Position numbers and translations under genes: made by a program
NCBI GenBank assembly: GCA_965644315.1
Contig: CBFFRQ010000029.1
Span: forward strand, 62,001-126,000
Source: Caecitellus pseudoparvulus
Lineage: Eukaryota > Protista > Bigyra: Bicosoecida
Direction of reading: 5' to 3'
DNA: 64,000 nt
Shown: positions 1 through 10,483 of the stretch, one piece after another
How the letters are laid out: every line of letters begins with the position of its first letter
Numbering within the stretch: position 1 is the first letter of the stretch
The notes under the pieces: generated by a model
The model's database searches: none
What the model saw: the letters and a program-made list of their open reading frames with translations, nothing else
What the model was told of the DNA's origin: nothing

Positions 1-3000
1 CGCAAGGCAAAGACGAGGCTCGTGGCATGCGTGCCGTTGAGCAGACCACCCGAGCCAAGGCTGGCCCCATCTATGTTCATGGAGCTTCTGACAAACGACA
101 TGGGGCTGCCCAGGGCTGCCCCCAGGGCATCGTGGAACTGCACTTGCTTCACCTGGATGTCGTCACTGGAGAACGCCGCGGCGCCGGGAGAGGGGTACCT
201 GCCAGGCAGGAACTTGGGCCGCCCAGAGAGGAAGGGGTCGTTCTCCACTGCGGGACTCTCGTGCAAGGGCAGGAAGGACGGGTTGGCAAATACCTCAGGC
301 ACGACAGCCACAGCCACTGCCGGGTCCACCAGCTCCTCACCAGTGCTGTTGAAACGCAGCTGCGTCTGGATGGCAGCCTGCACAGGCACTGGGAGCGTAG
401 CTGCTGCGCTGTGGGCATCCACAGCTGCGACAGAAGGATTCAGCGGCATCTCGAAATGCAGCCAAGAGTGAAGTGGCATGTGTACATGCTGCACAGCTCC
501 AGGCACGAACGGGGCGATGGCACGGGCGGTGATGTCGAACGATGCGGCCCAATGCGACCTCGCGGACACGACGAGCAGCACGGTGTTAGCGGCTTCCATG
601 CCGTGCCTGAACCAGGTGCGTGCGAGCTGCCCAGCAGCAGCTGCAGTGCTTCCCCCCGCAGGGCGGATGAAATCCAGCTTGTTGTGGGAGGGGAAGCCTT
701 CCGCATGCACTGCGTCTTGCCCCACCCCCTCCGGGCCAGGGGGGCGCAGCTGCACGTCCAGCACCTCGGCATCCGACGTGCCCACGCCAAGCACCTCCAG
801 AGACACAGCGTCGAGAACAGTGACCTCCACAACTGCCCCTGCAGGGTTGTCAGCCTTGCGCCGTCCACCAAGCACGGACTGTGGGAGGTTCTTGCCCAGC
901 TGGCCGGCCACGGGCTGGCTGGACGCTGTGTCTGCCAAGCCCTTTGCCGCAGGCAGGGCACACAGCGTGCGCCACACAGCTTCATCGACTGTGCTGCTGG
1001 AGTGGTTGGCTGACTGTGGAACGTCGAAAGCCGAACGGAATGTTCGCACGAGGTCAGCCATAGCAGGGCTCCAATCTCCGGTCGCATGCACGCGGGCGTC
1101 GCCACCCAGGTACCCGCCCATGGCCGCTTGAAGCATGAGCTGCGCAAGGCGCAGGTCGTCATCGCTCGTAGAATGAGACGCAATGACTGGCCGCCGAGCG
1201 CACACGTCGGGAGTCCGCTGCACAGAGACAGAGAGGCGTCCAGTGCCCGAGGGCAGTCGCACCGCATACACTCTGTGATCGCCCGCGGCAACCGAGCCGC
1301 GTAGTGCCGAGCCAGTCACGGCATAGAGTACTTCTGAACTTGCCACGCGAGCATGGTACGGTCCAGCTGTGGCAGTGCCTGCGCCCCGTCGGGGCTTCAC
1401 ACTGGCTCGGGTGACGGCTGTACGAGAGGCTTCCCCGCAGATGCCGAAGCTGCCAATGTTGGTGGCACCAGGGGGAGCTGCCGCCGCCAACGCAGCTGAA
1501 GCTGCGCAGGGCATGAAGAGGCGCTCCTCCCCCGCTGGCATGTCCATGCTCGCAACGCGCGAGATGCCTGACGAGTCGGTGAAGGAGTACGCCGCCCCTG
1601 CAGGGGTTCTCCAGCGGGCACTTGACACGGCGCCGCTGCTCGCAGGGTGCTGAGTGTCTTGTGATGCCGCAGCAAGGGTGAGGCCAGCGTCAGTCATGGC
1701 CCACGCAAGGTCCACGTCCGCTGCGGCAACGCCAGGCAGGTCGTCAGCAGGCAGGGAAGCAGCGAAATAGCCCACAGCCCGGGAGCCAGCCAGGGACAGG
1801 AGAGCAGCACGCTGTGGCACGTCCCCGCTTGCGGGAGTGAAGGTACCTTCCACCTCTGCCGCGCTGCCCAGGGCAGGAAGCACTGCGACTCCACCCCGGA
1901 CGACGAACTGGCACAGGCTGGTGCCCGACGCTGCCACATTGCTTGCCACGAGGCCAGCAGCGGCAGCCGCGCCTGCTGCACACCTGACAGTAACGAACAT
2001 GGATCCCTCTGCGTTCAGCGCTGCTTGGCGGAGGAGCGCATAGTGAGAGTCGTCCATCACACCGTCCAAGAATGCCGAGGAGGGCGTGTACGAAGCGACT
2101 GGGAAAGGCGCCGCCAAGCCATGTGACACAGCCACATCGTTGCTGCTGGAGCTGGGCTGGGGGTCACTGGCCGACAAGAAGAGGTCAACAGCACCCAACA
2201 CATTTGATCCGCCTGCATCCCGCACGGAATCCACGCTGACGTCCAAGGTTGCGGCAGTCAGGGGGACGGGGATGCGGAACGTCACAGAGTCGCTCTCGGC
2301 CAGGGTGAAGGTTGTGTCACGTCCTGGGGGGAGTTGTCCGGCGCCCCCTGCAGACCCTGCAGCCTTGCCTTGCAGCGGGGCAACATCAGTCTTGTAGGTG
2401 AGAATCTCTGAGCCAGAGGCTGATGAAGTGGGTGTGAATGGGATCTGCCAGTCGATGGACAGGGAGCCATCAGCCTGCTGAGTGCAGGTGCTGGGCGCGG
2501 ACACAGCAGCACAATGGATGGGCAGCGGCGGCACTGCAATGAGGCCGAGAACAGCCCCCGAGGCAGACTGCACCTCTAAGAGCACGTCGGGTGCCTCACG
2601 CGGGACACCGCCGATAAAAGGGCTGCTTGCGCCGACGTCGACGCTGGCAGCGAAAGAAAACTGCCCTGCTGCAGGCTGAGGGGACCCAGCTGCCTCGAGC
2701 AACGACACCTCGCCTGAGGCCCCAGCTGCCGCTGCAGCACCGTCACCCCACAGCGGTGCAGCCCATGCAGGCCGCTGCGTCGTGTGGGTCAGTACACGCA
2801 CGCTGGGGGTTCCGTGATCCGCATGCAGGCCCTGCACCGCACGAGGAGCAACGGTCAGGCCAACCGTTTCGGGCGCCAGCTGACCCGGCCGAGCACTGCC
2901 TGCCGCAAGAACGCCAGGCAGCTCCCTGCACCGGTCAGCCAGGGTGTTGTGGCGCTCCAGGTGATACATGAGCGTGTAGCCAGGCAGCCTGTCGTTCACC

Positions 3001-4841
3001 AAGCGAGGCAGCTCAGAGTCAATGTTGGCGTGTGCTCCTGAGGGTGACGACACAGCATACCTAAATGCGCTGCCTTCGGGGGACATGTCCTGGGGTGCTA
3101 CGCGTTGGCCAGCAACTTGGAAGTCGTTGAACTGCAGGGAAGCCAGGTCAGCAAGGTCCTCCGGCCACAGTGCTTCGTCCCGCACCCAAGTCACGCCAGC
3201 CAGGGAGAAGCGAGACCGCTCCCGCACCTGCAGTGGCGCAAGCCCTGCGGAGACCGCGCCGTTGTGGTCCGGGGCTGAGCATGCGCCCGTCGGGTCAGGG
3301 GAGGTGGAGGTCGTGGTGAGAGTGGGCACAACCCAGCTTGCCATGGGCAAGACTTCCCCCATCACCACACGCATGCCCATGGCAAGCTGTGCTGTGACCT
3401 CTGCGTCCCCTCCAGACGTGACGCCGGAGAAGTCAGCAGGGCTCGTTACCCAATCGCCAGTGCGGCGGGCTGACCGCACATGGGCCAGGCGCTCAGCAGC
3501 AGGGCGGGAAGCGTCGTATGTGAAGCCTTGTGTGACGACGTAGCTGCTGCGCACTGAAGGGGTGAGGAGGGACCCCCCTACAACAGCTGCAGCCTGCACT
3601 GCCAGCATGACGTTGGCATCTACGCTGAAGCGCACGGGAATTCCGCCCACGTGCAAGATGCGGTCAAACACCGGCTGCCAATCCTGTCCGGTCGCAACAG
3701 GGAGAATGGTCTGGGTGCGGGACACTCGGTATGGGGAGGCCCAGTCGGACAGGCGCCACTGCATGCCAAAGCCGAACTCGGTGGTGGCACGGAAGTCTGC
3801 CCGGTGCACCTCTCCCCATGCGGTGACTACCTCGTAGTTCACGGTGCGCTTCATGTACCCATGGCAACCGACACAGTCCACACCCCCCGCCACTGCAGTG
3901 GGCAGGCTGCACGGCTGCACTCGCTCCAGGGCAGGGGAGCAAGTCCGGTCACGCCAGACTTGGGATGCGCCAGCGCCAGACAGGGGTGTGCCTGCTTGCG
4001 GCGCGAGGTTCACGTCAGCGCCTGGGGTGGGTGCCTGGGCTCCAAAGTCGTAGTTGAAGCCCATCTGGGACATCGTCATCTCGCCGTCCAGGCCCCAAGC
4101 CAGAGATCGACCACGGTTGTGGCTGTGGGGGTGCTCCAGTGGCACTTCGCTGGCAGCGTACGACAGCGTGATGCGGGCTGCGAAGGTGGAGGACACAGGG
4201 GGCATTCGTGACAACGGCCAGCAGGATCAGAGGTGGAGGCAGGTCAGAGGGGGGGCTTCTCAAGTGGAAGGGGGCGCAATGCAGGGGCGTTTGCAGGTTG
4301 CGTGCGAGCTGCACTGCAGCAGGCACGACGCCAACGCCCCTGCCTTTCCACGTGGCCACGGGCCAAGTCACTCACAGTGTTCAAACAGGTGTGAGGCATT
4401 GACAACATCGAACGTGACGTCGAATGCCTTGACGCCTCCGTCTGCTGCTGAGTCGGGTGCGAGGGTTGGCGTTGCCTTCCGCACTCGAAGGTACCACGGC
4501 GCCGTCTGCAACGCCGAGCAGCCAGTGACGGGGGAAGCCGATGCGAGGAATGATTCTGTTTCACTGTCTGTCAGGAGAGTCTGCACTCTGGCTGGCGCCT
4601 CGGCGCTGATTTCCAGCTGCAGAGAATCCGCTTCACACGAAGCTTGCACTCCTTGCACTCCACCCAGGACGAGGACACCCGCCCGGGGCAGCGCCTCGTA
4701 GTCAACTTGCAGCTCACCACCATGCCGGTCCAAGTGGGACAGCTTCCTGGACAGCGTGCCCTGCGCAGAAACTGTCTGCAGGAGGGCGAGGGAAGCAACT
4801 GCGGCGATGCACCACCGACGGCACGGTCGGAAGGAAGCCAT
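1..4841 (-). CDS. Large secreted protein (>1,500 aa, 3' end outside the window): signal peptide, beta-rich region with CxxC, PPC-like modules, inserted peptidoglycan-binding-like domain
   Basis: ATG at 4841 begins MASFRPCRRWCIAAVASLALLQTVSAQ (signal peptide). Exon 1 4841-4376, GT-AG intron 4375-4178, then an exon 2 that I read as open, with the same reading phase at 4175 and at the left edge. It is absent from the ORF track, probably because it has no stop in the window. The run of + strand frame-1 ORFs (22, 478, 1369, 1837, 2086, 2482, 3022, 3562...) are its antisense shadows. Confidence 0.85.
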
Positions 4842-5209
4842 GGCTGGCCTTGCACTTCGTGGCAGGCAGCTCAGGCGGAGTCGATCGCAGCCCAAAACAC
4901 TGGGGCGCGAAGAAGCCACTGAGGAGGCTAGGTGGGGAGGAGTTTGTCGCCGCCCTAATGTTGCCAGGCTTCCTGATCAACGCGGGCGAACTCCGGGGGG
5001 CTGCCAGCCCTCACAACTGCTTCTTACCGCAGTGACACCTCCGGCGTTGAAGCAGACAGGGCAGAGACTCGCACGGTGTGGCCAAAACAGAAAACTTGTT
5101 TGGCTTGGCTCTCGCGGGCCCACGAGCCCGCTGTCCCCTAGCGCACTGCCGCCTGCTTGTCACACCTCTTCTGTCGCAGCAGCGTCGCCGTGCCTCGCCT
5201 GTCTCAGGC

Positions 5210-6579
5210 ATGTGTCGCCTGCTCGTTTTCAAGTCCAAGTCAAAGAAGGGCAGCGTGTACCTTTCCGACCTCATCCTCCGCCCATCGCATGGGATCATTA
5301 CACAGTCCTACGGCTGCACTGAGCGGTACACGGCCGGAGCAGGCACGTGGTATCGCGTGTCGATGGGCGTTTCGCGAATGAAACGCAACCCCGCACCTCG
5401 CACGCTCCCCGCAGTCCCGCCGCACCTGAATGCGGACGGCTTCGGCATCGGATGGTACATTGATGATGCAGAGGAAGATGCCGCCCCGCCAGCACAGTGC
5501 GAGCAGGCTGCTGTCGCCACTGCCCCAGGAAAAGGTGTGTGTCTGAGTTGGGTGCTCACGCTGGTCTTTCGCCCACAGCGCAGCGGCCCCGCGCAGGCAC
5601 GCTCCCTCGCTCCAAGACGCCTGGAGTGTACACCAATATCGCCCCAGCGTGGAACGACAGCAATCTGTTCAACCTCTCGGAGAAGATCAGGTCAAGCTGC
5701 ATCTTTGCCCACGTGCGGGCGGCGTCTCTGGGCTCACCAGTGACCACTGTGAACTGCCACCCGTTCGCAGCAGCACAGTACATGTTCATGCACAATGGCT
5801 TCTTGTGTGGCTTTGACCGCCTGCGCAAGCAGCTTGTGCAGGCCATCGACGACTCCGTGTTCCACCATGTGCAAGGCACGTCTGACTCCTCCCACTGCTT
5901 CGGACTCTTCCTCACAGAGGTGTTGAAGGAGGGCCCCCTGTCGAGCAGCCTGTCGCCTCTGCAGCTGCAAGGGGCAATGAGCCGCACCCTGGCGCGGTTA
6001 GAGGACATGTGTGCGGCGAACGGTGTGGAGGATGGCTCCATGCTCAATTTCTGCGTGACTGACGGCGCCACAGTGCTGGCCACGAAGCACGTCATCGGCA
6101 AAGGGCCCGCAGCCAGCCTGTACTTGGCCTGTGGCTCAGGGTGGGAGGCAGACGACGAAGAAGAAGGGGTCTTCCGCATGGCGCGCCGAGACCGCCGGGA
6201 GGAGGTCGTCATCGTCGCCTCTGAGCGACTGACTGCGGAGGCGGAGGATTGGATCTCCCTGCCCCGCAACCACATGGTGGTGGTGACGGAAGCCTTGAAT
6301 GTGCTCATGGTGCCGACGTCGCAGCAGGCCATGCAGGATGCCCTGCAAGGTGCTGGTCAGGCGGTGTTGGTCGCGCCAACCTCCCATGAGGTGGACCCGG
6401 GCATGGCTTTGGAGGACGCTTCTGTGTCGGCGGCAGAGGCGGGCAGCGAGCACCCCGCCTCGGCAGTGCAGGCTGGCCTGATGCCCCTGGACAGCTCAAC
6501 TGCGTGGTTCTGGGGTAGCCAGCACGAGGCGAGTGCCAGCCAAGGGGCGCAACCTCGCAGTTCAGAAGCACCTGCCTGA
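5210..6579 (+). CDS. Class II (Ntn) glutamine amidotransferase, Dug3/EgtC-like
   Basis: Starts MCRLL with the Cys2 nucleophile. Motifs NADGFGIGWY, PAWNDSNL, FAHVRAA, NCHPF, FMHNG, GTSDS and VASERL are present. Introns at about 5343-5414 (likely GC-AG, in frame) and about 5535-5578 join ORFs 5078 and 5497. Confidence 0.9.
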
Positions 6580-6870
6580 GGGGCGGCTTGGCTGCTCGGG
6601 AGACTGCATGTATGGCGCAAGCGCCGCGTGAGGCGAGGCCGCAGACTGTGAGCGAGCAAATCATAAGGCATGGGCAACTCAATGCATGCACCCTCTGCGG
6701 GACAGGGCGCATGGCCACCCTGAGCCGGGTGCAGAGGTTGCTTTGCACAGAGACTGCGCGTTTGAACCGGCGGGTGAAGGAGTGCCTTGCCCAGGTGGTC
6801 GCCCCTGCACTGCCACGGTACGGCTCGGCGAGCAGGCCAGTGTGGACCTTGTTTCGGATTGTGGGCAACC

Positions 6871-9800
6871 ATGAGGATAATGGAACTTGCGTGGCTGAGG
6901 CACGACAGCATGGGTGAGAGCGGCGTCCCCCCTGCACCGCAACCCAGCGCCAGCTGCAGGCACCTCACGAGACCCGCGGTGCAGGCGAAGGTTTGGGACG
7001 GCAGCCCTCCATCACGTCCATTGACATGCACCCAGATTCGTCCCGGGTAGCAAGCACCGGGGAAGGTGCGCAGAGGCGCATTTGCGACGTGGGCAGGCCT
7101 CGCAGTGTGCTGCACGTGCGGTATTTGAATGCCCTGCCCCACAGACTCCTGTGTGAGGCTTTGGTCCACACTGCACATCCAGGAGGTGGTGCAAGACGAC
7201 AGAGAAGCAGCCTCTGCATCTAGTGACTCTGAGGATGAAGAGGAGCCCAGCCCCCTGCTGCAGGTTCTGTCGTTGAAGAAGGCCGAGGGAGGCGGTGGCT
7301 CTGTGGTGGGGAACTGTGTGAGGTGGAGCCCAGATGGGCGCCTGCTCGCAGCCGCTACCGAGAACGGCGTCGTGTTCATATGGTCAGGCCTTCCGACAAA
7401 CTCCCCTTCCACGGCACGTGAGCACTGGACCTTGCTTTGCGAAGTGGCCTTGTGCACGGGCACCAGCATCACCGACTTGGCCTGGGCTCCAGATGGCAGC
7501 CAGCTTGCTGCAGCCTGCGTCGACTGCATTGTGCGCCTGGTCGAGTTCAAAGTCGGAGAAGGGCACGATCAGCAAGTGTCAGTGGGGGCAGAGCTCCATG
7601 GGCACACAGAGCCGGTGCGGGGCGTGGCGTGGGACCCTGTGGGGCTGTTCTTGACGTCGCAGGGCGCCGACCACAGGGCCATCACGTGGGCCATTGCAGA
7701 CGGATCACTGGCTCCCCGCAGCGTCCTGCAGTCGCCCTTCTCCCCTGGCTCTGCTTGCGCGCCCTCCATGCGCTGCAGCTGGGATGCCGCTGGTACAACC
7801 GTCGCAGCTGCGTCTGGATACACCGCCCCGCGCTTCACAGTGCCGATCCTGCTGCCCCCCAGCGGCAGCTCGCAGGCAGAAGTGGACTTGTCCAAGCCTG
7901 GAGATGCTGGGGCATCAGTGAGCGCCACCATGGTGGGCCACATGGGCACTGTGTGTGCGGTCAGGTGCCCGCCGTACATGCTGCAGCGCACGGCTACCAG
8001 CGTGCCACTCAACGCCTTTGCGTCAGGAGACACGCTGGGAACGGTAGCAGTCACCATCTCCGACAAATCGAAGCCCTTGGCGGTGGTTGCGCTGCCAGCT
8101 GTCCCTGGGCTGCCTGGTCGTGTCACGGACTTTGCATGGGGGTGGGAGCCCATGTCGGCAGCGGGTGTGTCGGACGCCCCGCACAGGGAGCACGTGCTGC
8201 TGGCTGCGACAGAGCACGGCGTCGTGTACGCGCTCTTCTTTGAAGAAGGCGAGCTCGGGCAGGAGTGCCAGCTACCTGTATTGCAGGAGCTCGCCACCAC
8301 TGCGCGCAGGGCACCGCGGCCCGCTGCGTCGCTAGTCGCACGGCGCAGGCAGCAGCGCCTGGCCAATGCCCGGAGCCGCCTGGACGCCAAGGCGCTGAGC
8401 GCGCCCCAGTCCCGGTCCGCCACCCCCCCACCGGCAAACCCCCTCCCCATCCAGGGGCCACCCAGTGTCGCTGCAGGGCAGGCTATAGCAAGCACTGGGC
8501 AGCGCAAGCGCATTTCAACGGTGCACGTGCCGAGCCCCCAGGTGACGCTTGTTCCGAGGCGCATCCAGTCAGACGCCAAGCGTCCCCGGCTTTCGCTCGG
8601 AGGTAGCCCTGGAGCTGGGCAGGCCTCGGCCCCTGCTGCAAGAGGAGCCTTGCCGCCTGTCGCGCCGACCGGGAGGCCACCAAGCCAGAGCCCAAAGTCT
8701 GCGGGGTCTGCCATGCTCCGCATGCAGCAGCCGCTGCAGGCGTCCAAACCTGCCACCATAGTGTCTAGCCAACGGCCTTCCGTTGCATCAGCTGGAGGCG
8801 GCGCGACCAGGTCATCAGCTGCCTTGCCTGCCGCTCCGCCGCTGCCTGGGGGCGTGTCTCTTCTCAGCGCGGCTGGCGCACCCGTCGCCATCAACACTGC
8901 AATGCTCGCCACTGAGTCTGCAGCGGTGGAGTCCATTCGTAGTGGTCAGGCTTCCTCGAGTGGGACATTTCCACTGGCATCCGCACCGCTGCAAGACACA
9001 GTCATGCTGGACGCAGGCCCCATACTGGGCGACGAAGCCCGGGGGCTCTTTGTGTTCCAACTGCGTCGAACTGGCGCCGAGTGTGCCGAAGCTGCCACAT
9101 TCGTTGACTTCATTGCCTCGGGTAGCATTCAGTGGACCAGTGCCGTGCCAGGGCATTGCACCTGCGTGTCTGGCGCAGCTTTAGGCCCCACAGCTCCCTG
9201 CGTCGCCATAGGCACCCACTCGGGGGACTTTCACATTCTAGACCACCAAGGAGCCCTGCTTGCGCCGTCAATGGTCCTTGGGAACCCAATCGTTGCAGTG
9301 AAGGCCTGCTCTGCACTCCCAAGCTCGTCAGGTGCCACGGCAGCCTTCACCGCAGTCACCGCCGATGGGCTCGCCCGGGTTTGGCGCCTTCGGAAAGCTG
9401 GCCCCACGGACTGGCCAGCATTGCAACACGAGGCGAGCATCAGCCTGGTCGACCCCATCTTGCACATTGCACGCGAGGGAGGAACGTGTGCCCTGACGCA
9501 GGTCGAGCTGGTGGCCTCGCTCGGCACGACGGAGGTGGAGCAGCCACGCTGGACCATGCAAGTTCGCTTGTCCAAGCTGTCGCCGTCGGACACGAGCAAG
9601 GACCAGTCTCGGGTGCTGTCCTTCTGCCCACGGGCACGGGCATGGTCCAGGCGCCAGGTGCCACTTGGCGCGACGCACGCGTCCCCCTCGGATGCAAACC
9701 ACGCCGCACCCAGCAGCGTGGCAGGTCGCCTGTTTCGGATTCCAAAGGTTGCCACAGACTCGCAACCTGGGGGTGGTGCGCGTCAACTCCCTGCTGTACC

Positions 9801-10422
9801 CCCCCTGACAATGCCCTTACTTGCTGTGCAGGCCTCGGAGCAAGATTTGGCACTGTCCCGGTCAGGTACGTTGGAGCAGTGGTGTCAAGCGGAGCGTGCC
9901 CTCGTGGACTTGACGGCTTCCTTGGCGGTGCACAGTGGCGTGTCGCCAGAGTGCAGGGGCGGCCTGCTATCCGCACTGCAGCACCAGCTTCACCGTGCAG
10001 GCCAGCAGGCGGCTACCAGTGCGCCTGACACCTCCGCTCGCCTGCTGCAGCACGTGCTCCAGCACTTGCTGCCGGTGGTGAGGGGCCATGCTGCAACCGC
10101 CCAAGGCCCAGCGGGGCAAGGGGGTGATGCACCTGTCCTAGCAGGTTCCGAAGGCATTGCTGAGCTGTTTGGTGGCGGCAGCTCCAGTGCAGGGCCAACA
10201 TCGGCTTCCGCACAGGGGCAAGCGGGAGGGCTTGGCGCGTTCAGACCCTTCCCCACCCTGGCGGCCCTGTGGGACGAGGCGGGGGCCGCTGTGAGCACAG
10301 GGTCAGGCGCAGCTGCGTTGGAGGCAGTGGGGGGCCTCAGCCACGTTGCGCAGCAAATGCGCGGCATGTGCACAGCCGTTGAGCAATGGTTGAAAGGAGG
10401 CCACACGCCTTTACAAAGCTGA
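6871..10422 (+). CDS. HIRA: Histone chaperone HIRA (WD40 N-terminus, B-motif, C-terminal domain)
   Basis: The spliced N-terminus MRIMELAWLRHDSMGEGLGRQPSITSIDMHPDSSRVASTG matches the HIRA start pattern. WD repeat GHTEPVRGVAWDPVGLFLTSQGADH and B-motif-like GQRKRISTVHV are present. Two short 5' GT-AG introns. Confidence 0.82.
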
Positions 10423-10483
10423 CAGGTCGCTCAGAGGGGTGGGGGCACGTTGCCGTGCAGCTGACCTGCGTGGAGCAGCACAA

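Noticed and set aside
22-4701. Chain of plus-strand ORFs (22..471, 27..1013, 478..1131, 3022..3543 etc.) and minus ORF 440..1291
   Set aside because: These are antisense or off-frame shadows of the long minus-strand exon of the secreted protein, with no motifs of their own.
5210-10422. Dug3-like gene next to a WD40 gene as a Dug2-Dug3 pair
   Set aside because: The WD40 protein has HIRA signatures (WDPVG repeat, B-motif) and no M20 peptidase region, so it is not Dug2.
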